A stretch of 64,000 nt of DNA from Parachlamydiales bacterium. GTDB taxonomy: Bacteria; Chlamydiota; Chlamydiia; Chlamydiales; JAJFMK01. A program made the position numbers and the translations under genes. This document shows positions 1-9,377 of this stretch, piece by piece (the stretch's first letter is position 1; the number at the start of each line of letters is the position of its first letter). The stretch spans positions 70,595 through 134,594 of the forward strand of contig CAVXVG010000028.1 of NCBI GenBank assembly GCA_963765145.1. The letters are read 5' to 3'. Under the pieces are notes generated by a model. That model was not told where the DNA came from, ran no database searches, and worked only from the letters and a program-made list of their open reading frames with translations.

Positions 1-2
1 TA

Positions 3-1658
3 CCACCTTTTGATGAACAGACAATTAAAGCTGTCATCGAAATGGAAAAAAAAGAACCTGAAGCCCTCACCAACGCTTTTTACACGCGCCTTTCTTTTGG
101 GACAGGGGGTTTAAGAGGATTGATGGGGATTGGCACGAACCGTCTCAATACCTACACCGTTGCTTTTACAACAGAAGGTCTTGCAAGGTACTTAAGAAGG
201 ACATTTGGAGCAGGAGATTTGAGCGTCTTTATCGGTTACGACTGCAGACACCACTCCAAAGACTTTGCAGAAGTGGTCGCTTGTGTATTGGCCGGCCACG
301 GGATCAAGGCTTATTTGACTGACACTATTGTGACAACTCCTTTCACCTCCTTTTCAACCAGATTTTTAAAGTGCCAAGCCGGTGTCATGATCACCGCTTC
401 CCATAATCCCAAAGAATACAATGGATACAAAGTCTATTGGCAAGATGGGTCCCAAATCCTTTCTCCTCACGACAAGGGCATCGAAAAAGAATATTTCCAA
501 ATCACCTCTCCCGATCAGGTAAAAAAAGCCGCACTCACCTCTCCCTTGATAGAATGGATGGGAAAACCTTTGAAAGAAGAGTATGACAAGGCCCTTTTGA
601 AGCTAAAATTGCTAAAAAATGCTGATGGCTCCAGCATCAAAATTGTCTACTCCAACCTACATGGCACAGGGATAGTGTTTGTCCCTGAATTGATGAAAAA
701 ATGGGGCTTTACCCACTTTGAAACGGTCAAAGAACAAGAAACGCCGGATGGCAATTTCCCCACTGTCGATTTCCCTAATCCCGAAGAGCCGGCTTCTCTA
801 GAGCTTGGCCTTCAAACACTGGGAAAAGTGGGCGGCGATCTTTTGATTGCGACAGACCCGGATGGAGATCGGATGAGAATTGCCGTTCGCCATCATGAAA
901 AAGCGGAGCTTTTGAATGGCAATCAAATTGCCTGCCTTCTTTTGCACCATATCTTGACCCATTTGCCTCAAAAGCCTGCCAATAGCGTTGTGATCAAAAC
1001 GATTGTGACGACAGACCTTTTCAGGAAGATAGCCGGTGCTTTCAATGTTGAATGTGTCGATGTGTTAACAGGCTTTAAATACATTGGTGAGCTTATCCAT
1101 CAATATGAAGATGGATCCAAAACATATATTTTCGGAGGGGAAGAGTCATATGGAACGCTTTTTGGAACATCTGTGCGAGACAAAGACGGGGTCATGGCAA
1201 GCCTTCTCATTGCAGAGGCCTGCCTTGCAGCCCACCTTCAAGGTAAAACGCTCGTCGACAAGTTAAACGAGCTATATGCAACCTTCGGCCATTATGCGGA
1301 AGGGATTCGCTCGATCACCTACCCAGAGACTAAAGAGGGACACGAAGAGATGCGCCGAGTGATGGATCTTTTACGAACGACCCCTCCCACTTCAATCCAC
1401 CGTCTACAAGTGATCGCAACCGAGGATTACCTCAAAAAGAAAAAGATCGATCTCATAACTGGCACAGAAGAACTTCTCACACTCCCTATTTCTGATGTCC
1501 TCATTTTCCGCCTTGAAAACGATGCCAAACTTATCATTCGTCCTTCCGGCACCGAACCAAAGATCAAGATTTATGGCGAAGTGATTGGTGAACAAACCGA
1601 ATGTCAAGCCCTCCTCGAAGCCTGCCACGACCTCCTCCATAAGCTAACCCATTCATAA
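3..1658 (+). CDS. phosphoglucomutase/phosphomannomutase (alpha-D-phosphohexomutase family); 5' end runs off the window
   Basis: FGTGGLRG, phosphoserine loop TASHNPKEYNGYK and metal loop DPDGDR are present. The frame stays open upstream of Met42 to the window edge (PPFDEQTIKAVIE...). Confidence 0.9.
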   Translation, partial: PPFDEQTIKAVIEMEKKEPEALTNAFYTRLSFGTGGLRGLMGIGTNRLNTYTVAFTTEGLARYLRRTFGAGDLSVFIGYDCRHHSKDFAEVVACVLAGHGIKAYLTDTIVTTPFTSFSTRFLKCQAGVMITASHNPKEYNGYKVYWQDGSQILSPHDKGIEKEYFQITSPDQVKKAALTSPLIEWMGKPLKEEYDKALLKLKLLKNADGSSIKIVYSNLHGTGIVFVPELMKKWGFTHFETVKEQETPDGNFPTVDFPNPEEPASLELGLQTLGKVGGDLLIATDPDGDRMRIAVRHHEKAELLNGNQIACLLLHHILTHLPQKPANSVVIKTIVTTDLFRKIAGAFNVECVDVLTGFKYIGELIHQYEDGSKTYIFGGEESYGTLFGTSVRDKDGVMASLLIAEACLAAHLQGKTLVDKLNELYATFGHYAEGIRSITYPETKEGHEEMRRVMDLLRTTPPTSIHRLQVIATEDYLKKKKIDLITGTEELLTLPISDVLIFRLENDAKLIIRPSGTEPKIKIYGEVIGEQTECQALLEACHDLLHKLTHS

Positions 1659-2185
1659 TAAAAAATTCAGTATCAGTTAACCTCCAGACTCTCCGCCGTA
1701 AGAAAAAACGGCCCTCTCTAGGGGGGCTGAGCACAAATCACTCGCCTTAAGTTGCTTGCAATTTCCACCTTGTTTTTCATTGACACTCTGCACGCTTCAA
1801 GTTCATATACATTCTGTTAAAGCGTCAAAAACAGGAGCTAAAATGTCAGGAATACAAAGAGGCGTCTTCCCAACAGCACAGATACAGTCTCCTTTCAAAA
1901 ATCCCTGAAAAATCGCCAAAAATGGACGAAATCATCCTTGATTTTTCGCCAAAAACACTGCTTTACTTTAGAAAATATCCAGCACCCACTTCGTGGGTGC
2001 AATTCTTATTGTATCACCCTACCCAGGGTTGCGCACTCCGCGCTTACCCTGGGCTACAATCCAAAACGCTCTTCGAGCGTTTATTTATTTTTCACGACTT
2101 CTAATTTCTCTCGAGATCTCATTGCCTGGAGTGGCTAATTATGCAACAAGGCCGCTTAGCTCCAAACGCTAACGCGTAACTTATT

Positions 2186-2478
2186 GGGATTTTAGCACTA
2201 GCCGAAAATGGCCAGATTGCGAAAACGGCTTGAAGAGGGTTTTACAAAATGCCTGCTGCCGTTTATCGCAAGGTGGCCGTTTGCAGGCAGTGCGTAAAAA
2301 TCCCGTTAAAGACGGAACGACTTCTTTTACTTCCGAAGGTAAAAATTAAGGTTGGGCGCCCTCAACGCTCGAAAGCGCCTCAGTTGAAAAAACGAAAACC
2401 TCAGGCTCTACTCCGTAGGCCGAGGTTTTCGTTTTATTCAAATGAGGCCTTTCGAGTGTTTGAGGTTTCAGCGCCCAC
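2186..2478 (+). repeat. composite ~290 bp intergenic repeat (module C + hairpin module B), copy 1
   Basis: Related copies lie at 44017-44313 (same orientation), 49926-50218 (inverted) and 43325-43470 (deleted derivative). Module B is a long imperfect hairpin with the constant loop tctactccgta. Confidence 0.85.
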
Positions 2479-2486
2479 ACCTTCTC

Positions 2487-3350
2487 TCAAGAATGAGATG
2501 ACAAAGTGATTGCGGACCAGTCGAGATGCTCGCGTCCCTCGGCAATGCCCTCTTGGAGGAGGCCGTGGAGAAGGGTGACAAGGGGCATCTTGCAGCCAGA
2601 ATTATCGGCAGTCTGACGGACTAAATGCATGTCTTTTAGGCCTAATGCTAATTTGAAGCCGGCTGGCTCGAAGGCTTGTTTTGCGATGACCTGCCCGTAA
2701 GTTTTATAGACGGGGGATGGAAAAAGGGTTTCGGAAAAGAAATTGGCCAGCTTTTGCTTGTCGATCCCGTTTTTCTCTCCCAAATCGAGCATCTCTCCCA
2801 TCGCTTCGACAGCAGAAAGAATCAAAAAGTTGCCCGAAATTTTAACAACATTGGCTTTGTTTGGAACGTCGCCAAAATCTTCAATCCGCTGTCCAATGTG
2901 TTTGAGAAGCGGTTCGATCTCTTTTTTAGCTTCAGGGTTTCCGGCAAGACAGATCCACAATTTGCCTGCTGCTGCAACATCAGGCCTTCCAAAAACGGGC
3001 GCAGAAACGAAATAGGCCCCTTTTTCTTGGTGTAGCTTTTCTAGCTTATGCACTAGTTCCGGAGAAACAGTGCTCATTGAAACGTGGATCGAGCCGGGTT
3101 TAATCGTCTTTAATAAGAGCCTTGTCACCTCTTCTAAAGCCATGTCGTTGGCCAACATCGTGAATACGATATTTCCTTTTTCAAACGCATCTTCAGGACG
3201 TTCAAGCAAACTTGCCCCGTCTTGAATCAAAGAAAGCGCCTTCTCTTTCGTTCGATTGTACACATAAAGAGTTTTCACCCCTTTGCGTAAATTTCTCGCC
3301 ATGGGCTCGCCCATTTGACCCAAACCAATAAAGGTAACAACTGCAGACAT
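2487..3350 (-). CDS. NAD(P)-dependent beta-hydroxyacid dehydrogenase (3-hydroxyisobutyrate / 6-phosphogluconate dehydrogenase-like)
   Basis: N-terminal Rossmann motif FIGLGQMGEPMARNL; length and overall pattern fit the HIBADH family. Confidence 0.8.
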   Translation of the reverse strand: MSAVVTFIGLGQMGEPMARNLRKGVKTLYVYNRTKEKALSLIQDGASLLERPEDAFEKGNIVFTMLANDMALEEVTRLLLKTIKPGSIHVSMSTVSPELVHKLEKLHQEKGAYFVSAPVFGRPDVAAAGKLWICLAGNPEAKKEIEPLLKHIGQRIEDFGDVPNKANVVKISGNFLILSAVEAMGEMLDLGEKNGIDKQKLANFFSETLFPSPVYKTYGQVIAKQAFEPAGFKLALGLKDMHLVRQTADNSGCKMPLVTLLHGLLQEGIAEGREHLDWSAITLSSHS

Positions 3351-3359
3351 GAGAAACTC

Positions 3360-4118
3360 CTAGCCTCCCTTTTTAGAGACCTTTGTAAAAAAAGAAAGAG
3401 GGGCAAATTTAGAAAAAATGCGTGTAAACAGGGCATATTTCCAGTCAAAAACGACCTCGTCTTTCTCTGTCTCAATCTGCCTGATGATCGATTGGGTTGC
3501 AACACTGACCGGCATGGTCAGAGGGTTATTTCTAACGTCCCCCCCTTTTCGGGATCTCGAGAAAAAAGCAGTCTCTACAGCGCCTGGGCAAGAGGTCAAC
3601 ACATGGATGTTCCCCTTTTCTTCCCCTTCAACTGACAAGGACAAATTACGGACAAATGCTTTTGTCGCAGCATAAAGGGAAGAAAAGGGAAAAGGAAAAT
3701 GGCCAACAACAGAAGCCACATTCACAATGATTCCACCCTCTCCCCTTCTTTTCCAGCGATCGATAGCACCACGGGTTTGCAGGGCAAGCGTCGTGCAATT
3801 GACATTGATCATGTCAATGATCTCTTGGTCAGAAAGCTGCTCATACTCCCCTCTTAATCCATAACCTGCGTTATGGATCTGTACATTAGGATTTTTTTTG
3901 TCGATCCATTCGGAAAGGGCTTTGACGTTATCTAAATTGGCAAGATCTGTCGCATAGATCTCGGCCCCAGTTTGCTGTTGCAGGCTTTTAAGCTCTTCAG
4001 AGTTTCGACCTGTCAATAAAAGAGGAACATTTTTTTCAGCAAGAGCCAAAGCCAAAGCTTTACCAATTCCGGATGTTGCACCTGTAATCAGACAGCTTCT
4101 AATCTCTTTAAGTTGCAC
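3360..4118 (-). CDS. short-chain dehydrogenase/reductase (SDR)
   Basis: TGATSGIGK cofactor motif and YAATK (YxxxK) catalytic motif. GTG at 4118 is preceded by AAGAGG, so the longer ORF to 4166 is probably not used. Confidence 0.85.
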   Translation of the reverse strand: MQLKEIRSCLITGATSGIGKALALALAEKNVPLLLTGRNSEELKSLQQQTGAEIYATDLANLDNVKALSEWIDKKNPNVQIHNAGYGLRGEYEQLSDQEIIDMINVNCTTLALQTRGAIDRWKRRGEGGIIVNVASVVGHFPFPFSSLYAATKAFVRNLSLSVEGEEKGNIHVLTSCPGAVETAFFSRSRKGGDVRNNPLTMPVSVATQSIIRQIETEKDEVVFDWKYALFTRIFSKFAPLSFFTKVSKKGG

Positions 4119-6253
4119 TTGCGACCTCTTTGGGGTATTTGATCCGGACGTGGCTAGCGGCCACAAGTGTTTGTACCATCGTCTTCTTCACAATGGCCAT
4201 CTCTTCAAAAGAAAGAGGGCATTCATCAAATTGGTGGTCTTTTTGTTTGGTCTCAATGATCTGATCCATTAAGCAAGAAAGGTTGGCTTCATCTAACCGA
4301 TCAAGCGACCGAGAGGCAGCTTCAATGCCATCTGCCAGCATGATAATGGCAGCTTCTCGACTCTGAGGCTTTGGGCCAGCATAACGGAATAAAGAGACAT
4401 CCCCTTCTCCTACCTCTAAGCCCATTTGATCAAGATACCCTTTGTAAAAATACCAGACCAAGCTTGTCCCATGGTGCTCTTTGATGATATCGATGAAGGG
4501 CTCAGGAAGACCTGCCTTCCTTGCCATTGCAACCCCTTCAGTCACATGCGAAATGATCGCTTGGGCAGACTCTGTGGGCGTTAATAATTTGTGGACATTC
4601 ATCTCACCCATCTGGTTCTCAGTAAAATAGTGAGGCATCACCATTTTTCCAATGTCATGATAAAGGGTTGCCACGCGACAAAACAGACCATTAGCCCCTA
4701 TCGCCAAGGCTGCTGCCTCTGCTAAAGTCCCTACCACAAGTGAATGTTGATAGGTTCCCGGGGCTTCCATCGATAACCGTCTCAATAGAGGATGGCTTGG
4801 ATCCAAGTACTCCATCAACGTGACATCGGTTACAACCTGGAATGTGGTTTCAAAAAGCGGTAACAGACCCAATACAATTACAGACGTGCCAAGAAGAAAC
4901 ACAAAGGCAGAGAACAGATCTGCCAAAATAGAGATGTCAAACACCGTGTTTTCGTAGAGGTGAAAAGCTACGATCACCCAAATACACCCTAAAAAAGCCT
5001 TAAAGGAAACGACAAAAATTTCTTTTCGGTGCTTTAAGCTTTTGGTTTCTAAAATGGCAATCAAAAGAAGCGACGATATTAATCAACATCCCCTGCAGAT
5101 CGAGTGTTTCTGAAATGGTCAACGTGACGGTGATTAAAACGGCCGTAAAGGTGGCAATTTTCGGCCCCATCAAATGACAGGTCAAAATGGCTGCAAGAGG
5201 GACAAACAGTGGGTAAGATAACCATTCATGCAGACGGCCATCAGAGTTAAGCTGCCAAAGGTCGAAAGCGCGAGATAGTATCAACGGAATGATCGACAGC
5301 GTGGTCAGCAAAAAAAGTTGCCGGTTAGAGCGGAATATTTTGGGGTAATTGGTGAAGAAAAAAGAGGCAGAAACAAACGTGATCAAAATGGCCAGGATCA
5401 AACTGCCTAAAATCGTTGTGGGGGCCCACAAATTTCGACTTTCATTCAGTTGCCGCTTCATAGCCAGCAGCATCGTCACGTGGCGGTTCATGACCCGCTC
5501 GCCCTGATCAATGATCCTGTCTCCCGCACCGATCGAGGTGTACTGCTCTTTTACTTCACTTTCTATCTCATAGCGGATCTTCCGCATGAGCACTGTATCT
5601 TCTTCTAATTTCCAAGGCTTTTTACTAAATTCAGACACAACGAAATTGCTGAAAGATTTAGGAACGGGGTGTTCTTGAAAAATCCTGTCAGCTTCTTGCT
5701 GCCAAATATAAGTGGGTAAAAAGAGGGTAGATTGTCCTTGTAATGATTCTAAAGGTTCAAATTGAGAGACATCGACATTTCTTTTCTTCAACATCTCCAA
5801 TGTTCTTTGATCGGTAAAATGGAGCGAGCGTATCCCTCTTTGAAAGGTATCCATTGTGAAATGGAGTTCGCTTAATGAAGCGTCGGGAAGTTCTTTTTTT
5901 AGCTCATCATTTTCGGCAAAGTCATTTTCGATGTCTTTGATTCTTTGACGTATCTCACGCTCTGACAACCGGTAGATTTTTCCTAAATCTCGTACCGCGT
6001 CCAGCCTTTGCAGCTTTGTCGCATCGTGGTCTAAAAACTCGAAATTGGTTTGGGCAACGACATATTTTTTAGCCGGCGTGTCCAACTCAAGCGTTTCGAC
6101 CCTGACCTCTCTAAAATGGAGAGATAAGAAAAGGGCAAGGACAAACAGGACTCCAATCCCCCATTTAATCGGGAGACTTTCATCGAAATAGCCACAAGTC
6201 TTCTGAAAAAGAAGACTAGGCCCAAAGGAACGTTTTACCTCATCACTAGTCAT
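4108..6253 (-). pseudogene. 7TM receptor with intracellular HD hydrolase (PgpH/YqfF-like, candidate c-di-AMP phosphodiesterase), split by a frameshift near 5040-5064
   Basis: The 417-aa ORF carries the extracellular and 7TM part. The 318-aa ORF carries the remaining TM helices plus the HD domain (LYHDIGK). Removing one T from a T4 run restores ...VASLIAILETK... Confidence 0.8.
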
Positions 6254-6302
6254 GTGTTACAAAAGGATTATACATCAATCTCACAATAGAAGTTTTCGCA
6301 TA

Positions 6303-7256
6303 ATGACACAAACTCTCTTAATCACGGGCGCCGCGGGCTATATTGGCTCGTTTGTAAATAAATTATTTTTGGAGAACGGATATCAAACCATTATCCTTGA
6401 CGATCTATCTAAAGGGAAGAAAGAATACGTTGTTGGAGGTGAACTCATCGTCGGCAATTTCGGCGACCGACACCTTTTAAAAGAAGTTTTCAAAAGAAAA
6501 ATTGACGGCGTTCTTCACTTTGCTGCCTTCACTAATGTGGGGGAATCGGTCGAAAAACCGTTTAAATATTACGAAAACAACGTGGTTAACACCCTTGTTT
6601 TGCTAGAAGAGATAGAAAAAGCGGGTGTTGAAAGGCTTATTTTCTCCTCATCGGCTGCCGTTTACGGCCATCCAGAAGAAGAGCCCATCACCGAAAAGGC
6701 ACGGCAACAGCCGATCAACCCCTACGGTGAGACAAAACGGGTCGTTGAAGAGATGATCAGATGGTCCAGTTTTGAGGCCATTTCATTGAGATACTTCAAT
6801 GCCGCCGGCGGCGATCCAGAGGGAAAGCTGCTGTATCGCAACCCAAGCCCGACCAATTTGATTCCGATTTTGCTGAACGGGATTGGGGAAAACAGGCCAT
6901 TTACCCTTTTTGGAGAAGACTATCCAACCGAAGATGGAACCTGCATCCGCGACTATATCCATATTTATGACTTGGCCACTGGCCATCTTTTAGCATGGGA
7001 TGCTTTAAAGGATGGAAAAATGGGGGCTTACAACCTAGGAAACGGCAAAGGTTATTCAGTTTTAGAAGTCGTAGCAGCTGTGGAAAAGGTGACAGGAAAG
7101 AAAGTGAACCTCAAAAAAGGTCCAAGACGTGCCGGCGACCCAGCCATCCTCCTTGCAGATGCCACCAAAGCGCGAAAAGAGCTTCATTGGCAACCTAAAT
7201 ATCCGGCGCTTGAGCAGATGGTCCACGACTCCTGGCTAGGTTACCGCACAACCTAG
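6303..7256 (+). CDS. galE: UDP-glucose 4-epimerase
   Basis: MTQTLLITGAAGYIGS Rossmann start and the PYGETK (YxxxK) motif; full-length similarity pattern to GalE. Confidence 0.9.
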   Translation: MTQTLLITGAAGYIGSFVNKLFLENGYQTIILDDLSKGKKEYVVGGELIVGNFGDRHLLKEVFKRKIDGVLHFAAFTNVGESVEKPFKYYENNVVNTLVLLEEIEKAGVERLIFSSSAAVYGHPEEEPITEKARQQPINPYGETKRVVEEMIRWSSFEAISLRYFNAAGGDPEGKLLYRNPSPTNLIPILLNGIGENRPFTLFGEDYPTEDGTCIRDYIHIYDLATGHLLAWDALKDGKMGAYNLGNGKGYSVLEVVAAVEKVTGKKVNLKKGPRRAGDPAILLADATKARKELHWQPKYPALEQMVHDSWLGYRTT

Positions 7257-7353
7257 TTCGCGAAGCGTTTGGAGTGCTAAACTCCTGTTTAGCTTTGACT
7301 TATCAGTGAAAGTGAAAGCTAAACAGGAGTTTAGCACTCCAAACGCGTTGCGA
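7257..7353. repeat. family-A palindromic element (inner-stem variant 1)
   Basis: ttcgcgaagcgtttggagtgc + gctaaactcctgtttagc + loop + exact reverse complement. It starts directly after the galE stop codon. Confidence 0.9.
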
Positions 7354-7443
7354 GGTGAAAAAAAATCATCAAGTGAGCTCTCTATTCGAACCCTCTTTTT
7401 CAACATCCCAAGTTTCTCTCAAGATCTGGAGGCTTCGCGGAAA

Positions 7444-8569
7444 TTAAAAGTAGTAATCGGCGCCGAGGACGAGGCCGTAAAGGCCCATGTCTCCCCTCAA
7501 AGTATGAGAGACCGGCATGGCCGTTGTACCATCTAAAAAGTCTTCAAGGACGAAGCCGCTGGCATCTCTAGCTATGAGCATATTGAGGCCGGAGAGGAAA
7601 ATATATTCCCACCCTGCCTTGACAATGAGAAAACTCTCGTCGCAATTAAAATCTTTGACCCACTGCAAGCCAATAGCAAGGGTTGCCATCTGCTTTAAGC
7701 TTTTTGGGTTACTTTTAAAGGTCAAATCTTGTGTTAGAGGAGACGAAGCAGCAACTGTTTCTGCAAGGAAAAGATCCTGCCGAAGACTTACGCAAGAAAG
7801 AAGCACTGAGTAGTCAAAATTCCCATAAAGAGACAATCCGCAAAAACCGATATCCCATGTGCTATCGAGTCCAAATTTGATTCCAAAAGCGTCTATTTTG
7901 TTTTTATTGTAAGTACCCACTCGGAGGCTGTCCCCTACCCCCGATGAGACAAGAGCAAAAGCAGTATTGAGTTGCTGTTCGCTCCAAACAAATCTAAAGC
8001 CAGCTCTTGGTGTAAGAGTGATCGATCGATTGATCATTGAGATGCGAGAAAAATCGACGTCGAGCTGGTTATATTGCCATTTCCAATGGCCAGTGGTCGA
8101 ATAGTCTCCATTAAAAAACTCTGAAACATTGTTAAATAGAACAGGAACGATTCCGCCGGCCAAAGGCACTGTTTCCCCCGGATTGATAACAGGAAAATTG
8201 TTCGCGAAGGCATCTGAATGAGAGGCCGTTGTCCAAAAATAGAGGTAAGAAACATTCAAAGCCCACTGATCGCAAGGTAAATTGAAGCCCAAGATTCACA
8301 CGAAAGCCGGAATCCCAATTCAGGCTCGGAGCTTGACGGGTGATGCAGCCTGAAGCACCCGGCGTATAAACGGTTTTCTCTGAAAAATAGTTCTCATCGA
8401 CTGCTGGCTTCATGTAGAGCCATTCAGCTCCGACAACCACTGTCCCAAAAGATTCTACATAACTGACCGGTGGCGGGTAGCCATAATCGTAATAGTAAGG
8501 GATTTCAGCAGCTTGTAACGCTATCTGAGGCAAAATTGCGGCAGCTAAAAGGACTTTTGAGAAGTTCAT
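7444..8569 (-). pseudogene. MOMP-like / Legionella-type beta-barrel outer membrane protein, split by a frameshift near 8285
   Basis: N-terminal signal peptide MNFSKVLLAAAILPQIALQA; alternating beta-strand pattern; C-terminal ...GADYYF. Removing one G from GGG restores ...RVNLGFNLPCDQW... Confidence 0.65.
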
Positions 8570-8582
8570 GGGTAGTATCCAT

Positions 8583-9377
8583 TTAAAGTAAAATCTGTTC
8601 GCTTACCTGATCTTGGTAAGCAATGGATACATTTAAACGGATACCCCGATTTTCTAACACCCCATTCACCACCTCCAGCGCCTTTGCCTCAGAATTACAC
8701 TCTTTAGACAAATGGGCTAAATGGACAGCGACAAGGCCCGGATGGGCCACTTCCGATAAAATATCGGCCGAGGCTTTATTGGAAAGGTGACCCAGCTTAC
8801 TTAACACCCGATCTTTGTAAACCCTCGGCCGAGGAGAGGCATGGACAAAACTTTCTTCATGGTTGGCTTCCAAGTAAAGATAATGGCAGTCTTTCAATAC
8901 CCTTTTAACAAGGCTTGTCCCAAAGCCAAGATCTGCAGCTACCCCTATCTTTATGCCTCCGCTCTGAATGGTAAAAGCGACAGGGTCAACCGTATCGTGA
9001 GGAATGGTAAAGGGCAAAATTTCTAAATCGGCAAAAACGAAAGATTCTCCGGTTGTGAAAATTTTGAAGCGAGGTACGACTCCAATAGCAGTCACAATGG
9101 CTTTAGCCGTTTCACCATTTGCAAAGACTGGGATCTGGTAACGGTTCCAAATAGCCCCTAGCCCTGCAATATGATCTGAATGATCATGGGTCACTAAGAT
9201 CGCATCGATCTGATCAAGAGATGACCCGATGGCATTGAGGCGCAATTCCAATTGCTTTGGACTCAAGCCCGCATCGATCAATACTTTGACCTGTTCGGTT
9301 TCTAAATAAAGGGCATTGCCTTTTGAGCCCGAGGCTAAGGGGCAAAACCGTACTTTATTCTTATTCGTCATCGTCAA
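8583..9377 (-). CDS. MBL-fold metallo-hydrolase (YycJ/PhnP-like)
   Basis: VTHDHSDHIAG metal-binding motif. Confidence 0.8.
   Translation of the reverse strand: MTMTNKNKVRFCPLASGSKGNALYLETEQVKVLIDAGLSPKQLELRLNAIGSSLDQIDAILVTHDHSDHIAGLGAIWNRYQIPVFANGETAKAIVTAIGVVPRFKIFTTGESFVFADLEILPFTIPHDTVDPVAFTIQSGGIKIGVAADLGFGTSLVKRVLKDCHYLYLEANHEESFVHASPRPRVYKDRVLSKLGHLSNKASADILSEVAHPGLVAVHLAHLSKECNSEAKALEVVNGVLENRGIRLNVSIAYQDQVSEQILL

Noticed and set aside
2354-2478. Module-B hairpins as integron attC sites (structure-conserved, sequence-variable palindromes).
   Set aside because: The outer ends (cctcaac / gtttgagg) do not fit the RYYYAAC / GTTRRRY cores well. There is no intI. The only tyrosine recombinase here is a Xer-type. 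The elements do not bracket cassettes.
2249-2509. 86-aa ORF rich in Lys/Arg/Pro.
   Set aside because: It lies wholly within composite repeat copy 1. Equivalent translations appear wherever the repeat occurs, including on the opposite strand (43230-43478).
7306-7536. Recurrent ORFs starting MKVKAKQEFSTPNALR... They also occur at 12642-12839 and 60049-60246.
   Set aside because: The conserved N-termini are simply one arm and the loop of family-A palindromes read through. The downstream parts are unrelated and overlap real genes on the other strand.
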